NCBI GenBank assembly: GCA_964347425.1
Contig: CAYFYW010000212.1
Coordinates: 1-35,977, forward strand
Direction: 5' to 3'
Length of the DNA stretch: 35,977 bases
Origin: an uncultured Nitrospirales bacterium
GTDB lineage: Bacteria > Nitrospirota > Thermodesulfovibrionia > UBA6902 > BMS3Bbin08
Position 1 is the stretch's first letter. Each line of letters opens with the position of its first letter. The translations under genes and the position numbers were made by a program. Positions 1 through 8,637 of this stretch are shown in pieces. Below the pieces are notes generated by a model. That model was given only the letters and a program-made list of their open reading frames with translations, had not been told where the DNA came from and did no database searches.

Positions 1-7
1 AACCCGC

Positions 8-199
8 GTGGTAAAGGAAATCTGGTTTCTCTCGTGTCTTATGTCCCTGCTTGCTTTTGTGCTCTACAGTTATGATGCGTGGCTGATGTTGTTTGTCTTT
101 TGCATTGTTGTGTCCTTAATGGGAGTTTTCATTGAAAACCTGCAGATTATAAGGTCAAGGAGACCACGGAAGAGATATTCATTTTATCGTTTGCCTTGA
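8..199 (+). CDS. hypothetical small two-helix membrane protein; the frame stays open to the left window edge, so it may be the 3' end of a longer gene
   Basis: 63-aa ORF in the track with a GTG start, two hydrophobic stretches and a basic tail (RSRRPRKR). No family recognised. Confidence 0.25.
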   Translation: MVKEIWFLSCLMSLLAFVLYSYDAWLMLFVFCIVVSLMGVFIENLQIIRSRRPRKRYSFYRLP

Positions 200-292
200 A
201 ATAATTCAGGTGTACTGTTTAGAATAGGCACACGTTGCAGGCTTCACGCCTGTTACTTCTCCCGGTGACGGAAATTCTGGAGGGAAAATTGG

Positions 293-2719
293 ATGATAAA
301 ACTGCGCCGTTTTACACTTTATCTTTTGACCATACTGCTGATATCCGCTTCTACTCATGCCCAGCAGATTGATATAACTCCGTTATTGTCCCCTATCCCT
401 TCACTTCAGCGTCAACCTCAACTCCTTCCTCCGCCAAAAAAGCCGGCTACTTCAGAGCAGGAACCTCTAATCCCTTTGCAACCTGCTGTTGAAACATTGT
501 CAGAATTTGAACAATATATCGCAGAAAAAATAGACATCACTGAAAAACAATTAGAAATTCTGCAGAAATACGGGATTGTGTTCTCTCAAGCGATGCAGCC
601 CCCGCCCCCCGGGAAAATCAAGCTTACCGTAAGAATCGTTAAGGTCCCTGAGGACGACAAAGCCGCAAAAAAAACGGATGAATCCAAGAAAATTCCAGGT
701 AAACCAACTGAAAAAATGGATGAGCTTGCCGGCGCGATAATAGACGCCGGGTTCCTGATTGCAACGCAGGAGCAGTTATCAACGGCATTTAAAATCCTGG
801 GGATACAAAGCCCGTTTACAACTACTGTTGGCATCAGGCAGTTCGGTTATGACCTCTTTATGCAGCAGCCTTCAACCTTTGCACCCCTTGAAAACGTGCC
901 TGTTGGACCGGATTATGTGCTTGGACCCGGAGATGAAATAAGGATTGCGGTATGGGGGAAGATAGAGGGGCTCTGGAATGTTATTGTTGACAGGGACGGC
1001 AACATCAACCTGCCCAAGGTCGGTATCATCGGGGTTACCGGGCTTACGTTTAAGGAATTAAAAGAAGTCCTTTTTAAAGAGTTTTCAAAATACTATACAG
1101 GGTTTGAGATGAATGTAAGCATGGGCTCGTTGAGGACGATCAGGATTTATGTGATCGGCAATGCCCGGCGCCCGGGTGCTTATACAATTTCTTCCCTTTC
1201 CACGCTTATCAATGCCCTGTTTGAGGCCAGTGGACCTGGCAAAACCGGGTCAATGAGGGACATACAGGTAAAGAGAAACGGTGAGACCATTGTACATTTT
1301 GATATGTATGATTTTCTGCTCAAAGGAGATAGAGCAAATGATATAAGGCTCATGCCTGAAGACGTAATATTCATTCCGCCCGTCGGGCCTCTTGCCGGTA
1401 TCTCGGGGAGCGTAAATAACCCTGCAATATACGAGATGAAGGGCAGGACCACAATCCCACAGTTAATAGAGATGGCCGGGGGTCTGAGTGCCGTTGCCTT
1501 TAAAGGCAGGGTGCAGATAGAGAAAATAGTTGAAAAGGGGCGGCAGATAGTATTTGACGCCAATTTAAACGAGATAGCGGATAAAGATATTACGCTTCAA
1601 TCCGGAGACGTGGTAAAAGTCTTTCAGATTGCCCAGGACAGGGCAGTCGTAAGACTTGTCGGCGCAGTGCAGAGACAGGGCGAGTACGGGGCCAGCCCGG
1701 GAATGACGGTTAAAGATTTAATCTCAATAGCCGGCGGTCTTAAATACTATGCATACAACAAAGAAGCTGAATTAACAAGATTATATGTTACAGATGAAGG
1801 ACCGAAAACCGAGAAGATCGTGATTGATATCGGGAAGGCTTTAGCCGGGGAGCCGGAAAACAATGTCGTCCTTCAGGCAAACGATTATCTCTTTGTACGT
1901 GCTGTTCCTGAATGGATGCTCTACCAGACGGTAACCATCCAGGGAGAGATTACATTCCCCGGCACCTATTCGATCACGAAAGGAGAGAGGCTGTCTTCGC
2001 TTATCAAAAGGGCAGGAGGCTATACCGATACGGCTTATTTACGGGGGGCCGTATTTACCAGAACCCGGGTCAGGGAGTTGCAGAAAAAAGGGCTTGACGA
2101 GATGATTGAAAGACTTGAAAGAGAAATCCTGACCGCAGGATCTGCACAGATATCTACCGCACTGTCCAGGGAAGAAATAGAAGCCAAGAAAGCGGAGTTA
2201 GAGCAGCAGAGAAAACTTATAGAATCGATGAAAAAAATAGAGCCGCTTGGCAGGCTGTCCATACGCCTTGCCCACCTGAGATTATTAAAGGGCAGTGAAT
2301 ACGATATCGAGCTTGAGGAGGGTGACAAGCTTTATATCCCGGTGAAAAACAGTATTGTAAATGTTATGGGAGCGGTGATGTCGCAGGGCAGTTTCATTTA
2401 TTCCGGAAATCTGGACTACAAGGACTATATAGAATTAACAGGTGGATATACAAGGCATGCAGACAAAAAGAATGTGTATGTCCTGAAGGTTGACGGCACC
2501 GCAAGAAAACTGTCTGGCGGGTTGTTCAGCTGGAATTCCTCCAAATCCAGATGGGAAATAGCAGGCTTTGGTGAGGAAATAGAAGAGATTGAACCGGGAG
2601 ATACAATTGTCGTCCCTGAAAAATTAGAACGTATCGCATGGTTAAGAGAGATTAAAGACATAACGCAGATTCTCTATCAGATTACGTTGGCTGCAGGTGT
2701 GATTGTCAATCTTTTCTAA
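293..2719 (+). CDS. large periplasmic/outer-membrane polysaccharide export protein (Wza/KpsD-like Poly_export domain plus several SLBB repeats)
   Basis: Signal peptide (LLISASTHA/QQ) with no lipobox Cys. Poly_export-type motif PGDEIRIAVWG...DGNINLPKVGIIGVTGLT. Repeated SLBB-like units (GxxxxPGxY...L..LI..AGG). Hydrophobic C-terminal helix ITLAAGVIVNLF as in Wza. Confidence 0.85.
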   Translation: MIKLRRFTLYLLTILLISASTHAQQIDITPLLSPIPSLQRQPQLLPPPKKPATSEQEPLIPLQPAVETLSEFEQYIAEKIDITEKQLEILQKYGIVFSQAMQPPPPGKIKLTVRIVKVPEDDKAAKKTDESKKIPGKPTEKMDELAGAIIDAGFLIATQEQLSTAFKILGIQSPFTTTVGIRQFGYDLFMQQPSTFAPLENVPVGPDYVLGPGDEIRIAVWGKIEGLWNVIVDRDGNINLPKVGIIGVTGLTFKELKEVLFKEFSKYYTGFEMNVSMGSLRTIRIYVIGNARRPGAYTISSLSTLINALFEASGPGKTGSMRDIQVKRNGETIVHFDMYDFLLKGDRANDIRLMPEDVIFIPPVGPLAGISGSVNNPAIYEMKGRTTIPQLIEMAGGLSAVAFKGRVQIEKIVEKGRQIVFDANLNEIADKDITLQSGDVVKVFQIAQDRAVVRLVGAVQRQGEYGASPGMTVKDLISIAGGLKYYAYNKEAELTRLYVTDEGPKTEKIVIDIGKALAGEPENNVVLQANDYLFVRAVPEWMLYQTVTIQGEITFPGTYSITKGERLSSLIKRAGGYTDTAYLRGAVFTRTRVRELQKKGLDEMIERLEREILTAGSAQISTALSREEIEAKKAELEQQRKLIESMKKIEPLGRLSIRLAHLRLLKGSEYDIELEEGDKLYIPVKNSIVNVMGAVMSQGSFIYSGNLDYKDYIELTGGYTRHADKKNVYVLKVDGTARKLSGGLFSWNSSKSRWEIAGFGEEIEEIEPGDTIVVPEKLERIAWLREIKDITQILYQITLAAGVIVNLF

Positions 2720-2883
2720 CGCGATACCCTTCATACCCCCAGAAACAGCAATCAGTAAGGAGTAAGGAGCAAGCACTTAGGATGCAGTATAGTGGAGAGT
2801 TACGATGAAGTTAAAAGAATCTTATACGGCATGATTGATAAACCGGAAAAGTCCTGCATACAGACAGTTAAAAACAGAAAGTA

Positions 2884-4947
2884 ATGTGTCCTGGGAGGCT
2901 TCATGCGTACTGCTTACTGCTGACCGCTTACTGCCTGCTCCTTACCCCATCACATGCATCTGATGAACCCTTCATATATCCCTCAAACTATGGCGGCACA
3001 GGCCTCATGGAAATTCCAACAGCAAGAGTGATGAGGGAAAACAGCTACCGCATTGGTGCCAGCCAGATAGATCCTTACAGATACTTCTATGGTGCGGTAA
3101 GTCCAGTTAAAGGGCTGGAGGTAAATGGAAGAATAACTGAAGTTCTAAGGGTCCCTGCATTAACACAGGACTATGGCAATTTTAAAGACAAAACAATAGA
3201 CCTGAAATACCAGCTCATCCCCGAGGGTAAATATATGCCTGCTTTTGCAGTTGGATTCATGGACCCCCACGGTACAAGGGTTTATCCGTCCCAATACGTT
3301 GTAGTGAGTAAACAGATATACCCTTTTGACTTTACACTTGGGTTCGGCAACGGCAGGTTTGGCAAAGAACCGCTTCCTTCAGCAGGCGAAGGAATGAAAT
3401 TTGAGATGCTGAGCGACCCAATGGGATGGCTGGAAGATTCGAAGTTTTTCTGGGGTATTCAGTTTGCGCCTTCTGAAAAATATGCATTGATGTTGGAATA
3501 CAGCCCGATAAAATATCACGCACAGACAAGAGACCCTGCACAGGAGAAATACTTCAACGATCCTGTTCCTTCAAAATATAATTTTGGCTTCCGATACAAA
3601 CCTACAAGGTGGTCAGAAATTGATGTAAGCTATCAAAGGGGCGAACAGATAGGTGTTGACGTATCATTGACATTTGATATCGGCAAAACCCTGATACCGA
3701 TATACGACCGCCCCTACAGGGAAACCCTTGAGGACAGATTGAATCCACTGTCTGAAAGAATCACAAAGGCATTATACTTTTCGGGTTTTAGTGATATCGG
3801 CATTCTCATGCAGGGGGATGAGTTATGGATAGAGGCACAGAATGAAAAATATTTTTATAATACAAAAGCACTGGGAAGGATTCTCACTGCAGTTATTCAA
3901 GCTGTTCCCGAACATATCCGGAAAATTCATATTATCCTCAAGGAAAACGGAGTCCCGATAATTGATTTTTCAGCTCTGAAAGCGGATATCAATAACTATT
4001 ATTCCGGTGAACTCACGCTGAACGAATTCCTCTATGTATCAGAGATAAACACCGATGTATTGAAGACATTGGATATACCGGGAAGACATAAAAAATCCTT
4101 CAGATACAGATTTAGACCATCTTTAGAGACATTCCTGAATGATCCGTCAGGTTTTTTCAAATATAGATTAGGCGTCTCGGGATCGATGAGCTACCACCCC
4201 TGGAAAGGTGCATCTTTTGTCACCGGGCTTTCAACATACCCCATAAACAATATTTCTTCTGTTAATGAGCCTTTTTCCATCCCGGTCAGGTCAGACCTTG
4301 TTCTGTATACACAGGAGAGGTTTGCACTTGACAGATTGCTCTTTGACCAGATAAAAAAACTGACCCCGCACATATATGGTAAGGTCTCCGCAGGATTCCT
4401 GGAGGTTCAGTATGCAGGTATTGACGCAGAGGTTGCAATGCCTGTTCTTGATGGCAGAATACTTCTGGGTTTAAGCGGAAGTGCGGTAAAAAAAAGGGAT
4501 ATTAAACAGCCTTTTAACCTGAAGCGCAATGATGTCAAAGATATCTATACAACCGCATTCATAAATACACGTCTTAACCTCCCTGATCAGGAAATTTCAA
4601 TAGATATCAAAGCCGGCAGATTTCTGGCAGGCGACAACGGCGTGAGGTTTTCAGTGTCAAAATCTATAAACGGCATAATCCTCATGGCATGGTATACTGT
4701 TACGGATACGTCTGCTTTTACAGATGATTTCAACGATGGTTACCGGGACAAAGGAATTGGCATATCAATCCCGATAAGGTTATTTCAGGGTTCTGACTCA
4801 AGAACTGCTTACAGGTATGAAATCTCCCCATGGACGAGAGACACCGGACAGGACATAGACCACTTTGGCACGCTGTTTGATTTTATGGACAGAAACGTAA
4901 AGATTTTTCTTGACAAAGACAAAAAAATGATGTTTAATTCTAACTGA
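2884..4947 (+). CDS. YjbH/GfcD-family outer-membrane exopolysaccharide protein
   Basis: Matches remembered E. coli YjbH landmarks: YGGTGLMEIPTARVM (cf. FGGVGLLQTPTARM), NFKDKTIDLKYQL (cf. YKDKAFDLKLRL) and YVVVSKQIYPFDFTLGFGNG (cf. YLVASK..PFDFTLGLGWG). The N-terminal signal peptide ends SHA/S. Confidence 0.88.
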   Translation: MCPGRLHAYCLLLTAYCLLLTPSHASDEPFIYPSNYGGTGLMEIPTARVMRENSYRIGASQIDPYRYFYGAVSPVKGLEVNGRITEVLRVPALTQDYGNFKDKTIDLKYQLIPEGKYMPAFAVGFMDPHGTRVYPSQYVVVSKQIYPFDFTLGFGNGRFGKEPLPSAGEGMKFEMLSDPMGWLEDSKFFWGIQFAPSEKYALMLEYSPIKYHAQTRDPAQEKYFNDPVPSKYNFGFRYKPTRWSEIDVSYQRGEQIGVDVSLTFDIGKTLIPIYDRPYRETLEDRLNPLSERITKALYFSGFSDIGILMQGDELWIEAQNEKYFYNTKALGRILTAVIQAVPEHIRKIHIILKENGVPIIDFSALKADINNYYSGELTLNEFLYVSEINTDVLKTLDIPGRHKKSFRYRFRPSLETFLNDPSGFFKYRLGVSGSMSYHPWKGASFVTGLSTYPINNISSVNEPFSIPVRSDLVLYTQERFALDRLLFDQIKKLTPHIYGKVSAGFLEVQYAGIDAEVAMPVLDGRILLGLSGSAVKKRDIKQPFNLKRNDVKDIYTTAFINTRLNLPDQEISIDIKAGRFLAGDNGVRFSVSKSINGIILMAWYTVTDTSAFTDDFNDGYRDKGIGISIPIRLFQGSDSRTAYRYEISPWTRDTGQDIDHFGTLFDFMDRNVKIFLDKDKKMMFNSN

Positions 4948-5072
4948 CGGCGGCAATACTTTCACAGGGAAGCGTAAAACACGCTTAAGGTGCCAAAATA
5001 AAAAATATTACCGGTCTTAAAAGGTATTTTTTGAATACCGGAAAATAAGTAATTTAAAAGAAAGGGGGAAAG

Positions 5073-5531
5073 ATGAGGAAAGTCATAGCCTTACTGGTAG
5101 TTTTCGCATTCGTGATGTTTAATTTTGGATTTGTATCACAGACGTCTGCGCTGGACAGGGTCACTGAAAAAATACCGTCAGTTGAAAATGCAAAGGAGAT
5201 TGCAGCAAATGCCGGCGGAGTATATCTGAAAGGTACAGACGCCCCGGCTCTTTCAGAAACTGAAGTGGCCTTACCGATAATGGAAAAAACAGGTGATGTT
5301 ATCGGGTATATAGCTGCTGATCAGTCAAAACTTGCGGCAGCACTCGATGAAGCAGGGTATACGGAGGCAGGCTCGGCAATAGCAGCCCTTAAAAGCGGCT
5401 CAACCGCAGGTCACACAGTTGAAACCGGCACTTCTATTGGAACCGTGGCACTTGCAGTAATATTTGTTGTTGCAGCTACCGGAACAGCGTTTGCCGTATC
5501 AGAATCAACCGAGAGTACAGGGGGACACTAA
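5073..5531 (+). CDS. hypothetical secreted/membrane-anchored Ala/Gly/Thr-rich protein (composition reminiscent of YjbE/GfcA)
   Basis: RBS aaagggggaaag 1 nt upstream of the ATG. N-terminal signal/anchor. C-terminal STAGHTVETGTSIGTVALAVIFVVAATGTAFAVSESTESTGG segment. A strong terminator follows. Confidence 0.55.
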   Translation: MRKVIALLVVFAFVMFNFGFVSQTSALDRVTEKIPSVENAKEIAANAGGVYLKGTDAPALSETEVALPIMEKTGDVIGYIAADQSKLAAALDEAGYTEAGSAIAALKSGSTAGHTVETGTSIGTVALAVIFVVAATGTAFAVSESTESTGGH

Positions 5532-5568
5532 ACAGTTACGTTCTCAAAAGATATTATTTATACTAAAG

Positions 5569-5605
5569 AAATGGGGCTGTTCTTCAGACAGCCCCATTTC
5601 TTTTC
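5569..5605 (+). terminator. rho-independent terminator
   Basis: Perfect 12-bp stem aaatggggctgt / acagccccattt (5569-5580 / 5588-5599), 7-nt loop, then cttttc. Confidence 0.7.
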
Positions 5606-5621
5606 AATGAATCAATTCACC

Positions 5622-5779
5622 ATTATCCCCGTACGACCCGATTCCGGGATTCGCTTCGAGCTACAGGGAATAATAAATAAAAAAGATTGATCATCTCCAG
5701 AAAAGTTGGCCTGTCCCTTTTCGGGATTCAAGCCTGCCTGCTTGCCTCGATTTGCGAAGCGGGCCGGCGGGCAGGGGGT
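5622..5779. repeat. degenerate copy of the GGGAAT/ATTCCC plus CCTGCCTGC hairpin repeat family
   Basis: Contains attatcccc...gattccgggattcgc...cagggaataat, then ggattcaagcctgcctgc...ggcgggcaggggg. This resembles the copy at 32508-32601 (ggattccccgacctgcctgccggcaggcaggtcgggg). Confidence 0.35.
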
Positions 5780-5801
5780 CAAGGAGATTAAAGACAGAGA
5801 T

Positions 5802-6314
5802 ATGAAACACGGAAAATCAACAGTATCACTAATTTTTATTCTTTCCCTCATTCTTGGTGTCATCCCGAATCCTCGCTTCACACATGCCGAACACGGAGAA
5901 GAATCCATCGATTTAATTCTTGATTCAGCTGAGAAATTCTTTATCTCATTAAGAGTGAAGGACTACAGAGCCGCATGGGACTTATTGTCTGAGGAATCGC
6001 ATGAGAAAATAATTGATGATGTCTATAAAGACTCTAAAAAAATGGGATTGGGGATTGAAAAAAAAACGATTATAAAAGATTTTAAGAGTAACGGAGCAAT
6101 GTTTTCAAACTACTGGATTGCCTTTCATAATAACTTTGATCCTGACATGATCCTGGAACAGAGCAGATGGGAAATGGGTTTTATTAAAAAAAATCAAGCT
6201 GAAATAATCATCACATACAAAAAATCAGAAAATCCGGCAATATTAAAGATGTTTAAAGAAGGGGGTATGTGGAGAGTGGGTCTTGTTGAAACATTCTGGA
6301 CAAGAAAATATTGA
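5802..6314 (+). CDS. hypothetical secreted protein (about 170 aa)
   Basis: The track ORF starts at 5706, but its first 32 codons translate the GC-rich repeat. Met at 5802 gives a normal signal peptide, MKHGKSTVSLIFILSLILGV. No family recognised with confidence. Confidence 0.55.
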   Translation: MKHGKSTVSLIFILSLILGVIPNPRFTHAEHGEESIDLILDSAEKFFISLRVKDYRAAWDLLSEESHEKIIDDVYKDSKKMGLGIEKKTIIKDFKSNGAMFSNYWIAFHNNFDPDMILEQSRWEMGFIKKNQAEIIITYKKSENPAILKMFKEGGMWRVGLVETFWTRKY

Positions 6315-6416
6315 TTGTATGTAAACGGGTCAGTGCACAAAGCGGGTTTGCCTGAGAGAATATCCGGTCAGGAGAAGAAATTAATATATAAGTAATTTTT
6401 ATAAGTCCATTCTTTC

Positions 6417-6445
6417 TTGACAAAAATATAAGTTCAGTATAAAAT
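6417..6445 (+). promoter_or_regulatory. sigma-70-like promoter for the sulfur relay operon
   Basis: TTGACA (6417-6422), 17-nt spacer, TAAAAT (6440-6445). It lies about 45 nt upstream of the first gene. Confidence 0.45.
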
Positions 6446-6490
6446 TTTTTTGTTTCTCACCAACATTATTTCCACATGAGGAGGATTCTC

Positions 6491-6787
6491 ATGAAATTAG
6501 CTGTCTTTGTAAGTGATTACAGGATTACTGTCGACACCCTTGAGAAGTTAAAGCCTGAAAAAATGGGGATAATATTAGTACAGAATGGTGTTTATCACGC
6601 TACCACTAAAGAGAATGGAAATCCCTCTCCCCTCCTGAAAACATCTGCTGATTTGTACGCACTTTCAGAGGATCTCGAAACGAGGGGTCTGGGCAGTTCA
6701 GACGTCGACAGCAAGGTAAAAGTTGTGACTATTAATGACGTAGTCGATTTGATATTTAATGACTACGAAAAAACGGCCTGGTTATAG
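6491..6787 (+). CDS. DsrH/TusB-family sulfur relay protein
   Basis: RBS GAGGAGG (6478-6484), 6 nt before ATG 6491. About 98 aa with the family pattern ILVQNGVY...LYALSEDLETRGL...V.....DVVDLI.....TAWL. Contains no Cys. Confidence 0.7.
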   Translation: MKLAVFVSDYRITVDTLEKLKPEKMGIILVQNGVYHATTKENGNPSPLLKTSADLYALSEDLETRGLGSSDVDSKVKVVTINDVVDLIFNDYEKTAWL

Positions 6788-6801
6788 GAGGATACTGCGA
6801 T

Positions 6802-7161
6802 ATGGGAAAGCTTACAATAGGTTGTTTTGCTTCACTTGTCGGGTCCTTGAATCTTGATTTTGCGGTAAAGCTCGCGGGCGCTGCGATAGACAAGGGTCAT
6901 AAAGTGGACTTATGGGTTTCGGGTAATGCAACAATGCTGTCAATCCAGGACCAGAGACCCTTTAAGGATTATTCTTATCTCGAAAAGCCCTTGAAGGAAC
7001 TCATGGCGAAAGGGCTCAATGTTACAGCTTGTGAGGCATGTGCGGAAGCAAGAGGCTATCATAAAGAAAATACCATGGAAGGCTTTAAAAGACACAGTAT
7101 GGACTGGTATCTTGCAAGTGCTTTTGACGCTGACAGGGTCCTTCATATAGGAGGTGAGTGA
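6802..7161 (+). CDS. DsrE/TusD-family sulfur relay protein
   Basis: 119 aa. GHKVDLWVSGNA...GLNVTACEACAEARG places Cys77 where TusD/DsrE Cys78 sits (VC.....RG). RBS aggagg upstream. Confidence 0.7.
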   Translation: MGKLTIGCFASLVGSLNLDFAVKLAGAAIDKGHKVDLWVSGNATMLSIQDQRPFKDYSYLEKPLKELMAKGLNVTACEACAEARGYHKENTMEGFKRHSMDWYLASAFDADRVLHIGGE

Positions 7162-7163
7162 TA

Positions 7164-7577
7164 ATGGCAACTACGAAACTTGGATTTATCGTTCAGAGAC
7201 CCCCATATAAAAGTGAAAACCCGAAACTCGCTCTTACTCATGCAATTGCATCACAGAGTGTGGAAGTCTATTTAAATGAAGGTGATTTGGTTACGGCAGA
7301 TGTTGCCTTTATAAGCGACGGCGTACTGAATTGTATAAAAAATCAGAAAGCGATGGAGAATTACGACCTTTCGAGCACAGAATCACACATTAAGATGTCT
7401 CTTCTCGTTGACCTGAATGTCCTTGTATGTAAGGAGGACCTTGAAAAATTTGGCCTGTCTGAAAATGACATTGTTCTGGATGCCGAAGAATTTGGGGCTG
7501 ACATGAAGGTCAAAGTTGTTCCTTTTCAGGATATAGCTAAAATGATGGAAGAAATGAACCATCTACTTTTCTTTTAA
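7164..7577 (+). CDS. DsrF/TusC-family sulfur relay protein
   Basis: ATG 7164 is preceded by ggaggtgag. Pattern GFIVQRPPY...VAFISDGV...NVLVCKEDLEKFGL...LLFF resembles TusC/DsrF, including the C-terminal F. Confidence 0.65.
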   Translation: MATTKLGFIVQRPPYKSENPKLALTHAIASQSVEVYLNEGDLVTADVAFISDGVLNCIKNQKAMENYDLSSTESHIKMSLLVDLNVLVCKEDLEKFGLSENDIVLDAEEFGADMKVKVVPFQDIAKMMEEMNHLLFF

Positions 7578-7602
7578 ACTAAAAAAACATAGGGAGGCAA
7601 TT

Positions 7603-7854
7603 ATGGCTGATTTAAAGTCAAAGGAACCAACTCAAGTACTTGATGTACTGGGGAGGGTTTGTCCTTACCCGCTTGTAATAACAAAAAAGACGCTGGAGAA
7701 AGCACCGGGAGGGACACTGCTAAAAGTACTTTGTGATGCTCCGGCATCTGCTGAAGACACAATTCCTAAATATGCTGAAAAACAGGGATTTGAGTTCGAA
7801 TCCGTTAAAGTTGAAGATAAGGGTTATTGGGAGCTTTATCTCAAAAAACCTTAA
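7603..7854 (+). CDS. tusA: TusA/SirA-family sulfurtransferase
   Basis: 83 aa with the canonical LDVLGRVCPYPLV (CPxP) active-site motif. RBS gggagg upstream. Confidence 0.85.
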   Translation: MADLKSKEPTQVLDVLGRVCPYPLVITKKTLEKAPGGTLLKVLCDAPASAEDTIPKYAEKQGFEFESVKVEDKGYWELYLKKP

Positions 7855-7902
7855 AGTCAGTTAAGATAAGAGAAGTGAAGTAAGAAGTTATCAGGAAGAC
7901 AC

Positions 7903-7937
7903 AAAAAAGGCGTCCTGTATTTCGGGACGCCTTTTTT
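7903..7937 (+). terminator. rho-independent terminator (A-tract/T-tract flanked, possibly bidirectional)
   Basis: 8-bp stem aggcgtcc / ggacgcct (7908-7915 / 7925-7932), 9-nt loop, T-run to 7937, with an A-run 5' of the stem. Confidence 0.75.
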
Positions 7938-7987
7938 ACCTTAAATCCCGCATCAACTTGAACATCGATCACTTTTTTTACATCCTT

Positions 7988-8049
7988 AGACATTTTAAAT
8001 TAAATATGTTTTGTTTTCTCTGAGAACTCTGTGGCAAAAAAGATTTTTT
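7988..8049 (+). repeat. partial copy of the CACAGAG-type repeat unit
   Basis: 35 nt (agacattttaaattaaatatgttttgttttctctg) are identical to 12985-13019. The following ctctgtggcaaaaaagatttttt is the reverse complement of 12852-12874. Confidence 0.8.
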
Positions 8050-8169
8050 GGCACCTTCTTTTTTGGAGTTGACATGAACGGGAACTCCTCAATAGATATG
8101 AATCAGATGTATCATGATAATGCAGATGTATGTGTAGTGGAATGACGGGATGTAACGCACCTCATGCAG

Positions 8170-8607
8170 TTACATAAACTGCTCAGATTCTGCCTGGCTC
8201 AGGATGCGTTTTGCCTCGGCGAGTTTCTTATATAAGGCCTGGACTTTATCTTCATTTTTGGCTGCGACCGCCTTGAGCAAATCGCCCTCAAGCTCGGCAA
8301 CTTCAAGACGCTTGTAATAATCCCGAGATTCCTTGAGGTGAGCCAGTACGATTTTACCCGTCAGAACCGGATGATTATTTGTTACGTTCGCATCCTTAAA
8401 CATTGTACCGTGTTCAAGTTCAACCTCGAGTCCTCTGCAGAAGTCCTCAAGGTCAATATTCATGCCTTCAACATTAACCTCTTTTAAGATTACCTCTGCT
8501 TCTTCCGGTTGTACCACAGGTTTTTTCAGTGCAGACCAGTCCTTGATATTCAGTTCTTTGCAGACTCTTTTGACTTCGTCCTCTGTTATGTATTCGGGGA
8601 GTTTCAT
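8170..8607 (-). CDS. DUF5661-like protein of unknown function
   Basis: 145 aa. The core GLEVELEHGTMFKDANVTNNHPVLTGKIVLAHLKESRDYYKRL matches my recollection of the DUF5661 signature (ELEHG...NVTN.....T.KIALAHL.E.PDYY). Confidence 0.55.
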   Translation of the reverse strand: MKLPEYITEDEVKRVCKELNIKDWSALKKPVVQPEEAEVILKEVNVEGMNIDLEDFCRGLEVELEHGTMFKDANVTNNHPVLTGKIVLAHLKESRDYYKRLEVAELEGDLLKAVAAKNEDKVQALYKKLAEAKRILSQAESEQFM

Positions 8608-8637
8608 AATTTTCTCATTATTCCGAAGGTAAAAAAA

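Noticed and set aside
5706-5801. N-terminal 32 codons of the track ORF 5706-6314 (MACPFSGFKPACLPRFAKRAGGQG...).
   Set aside because: This stretch is a translation of the GC-rich hairpin repeat. A normal signal peptide starts at Met 5802.
8049-8066. TGGCAC resembling a sigma-54 -24 element.
   Set aside because: The -12 position reads ttttt rather than TTGC(A/T), and the sequence is part of a dispersed repeat flank.
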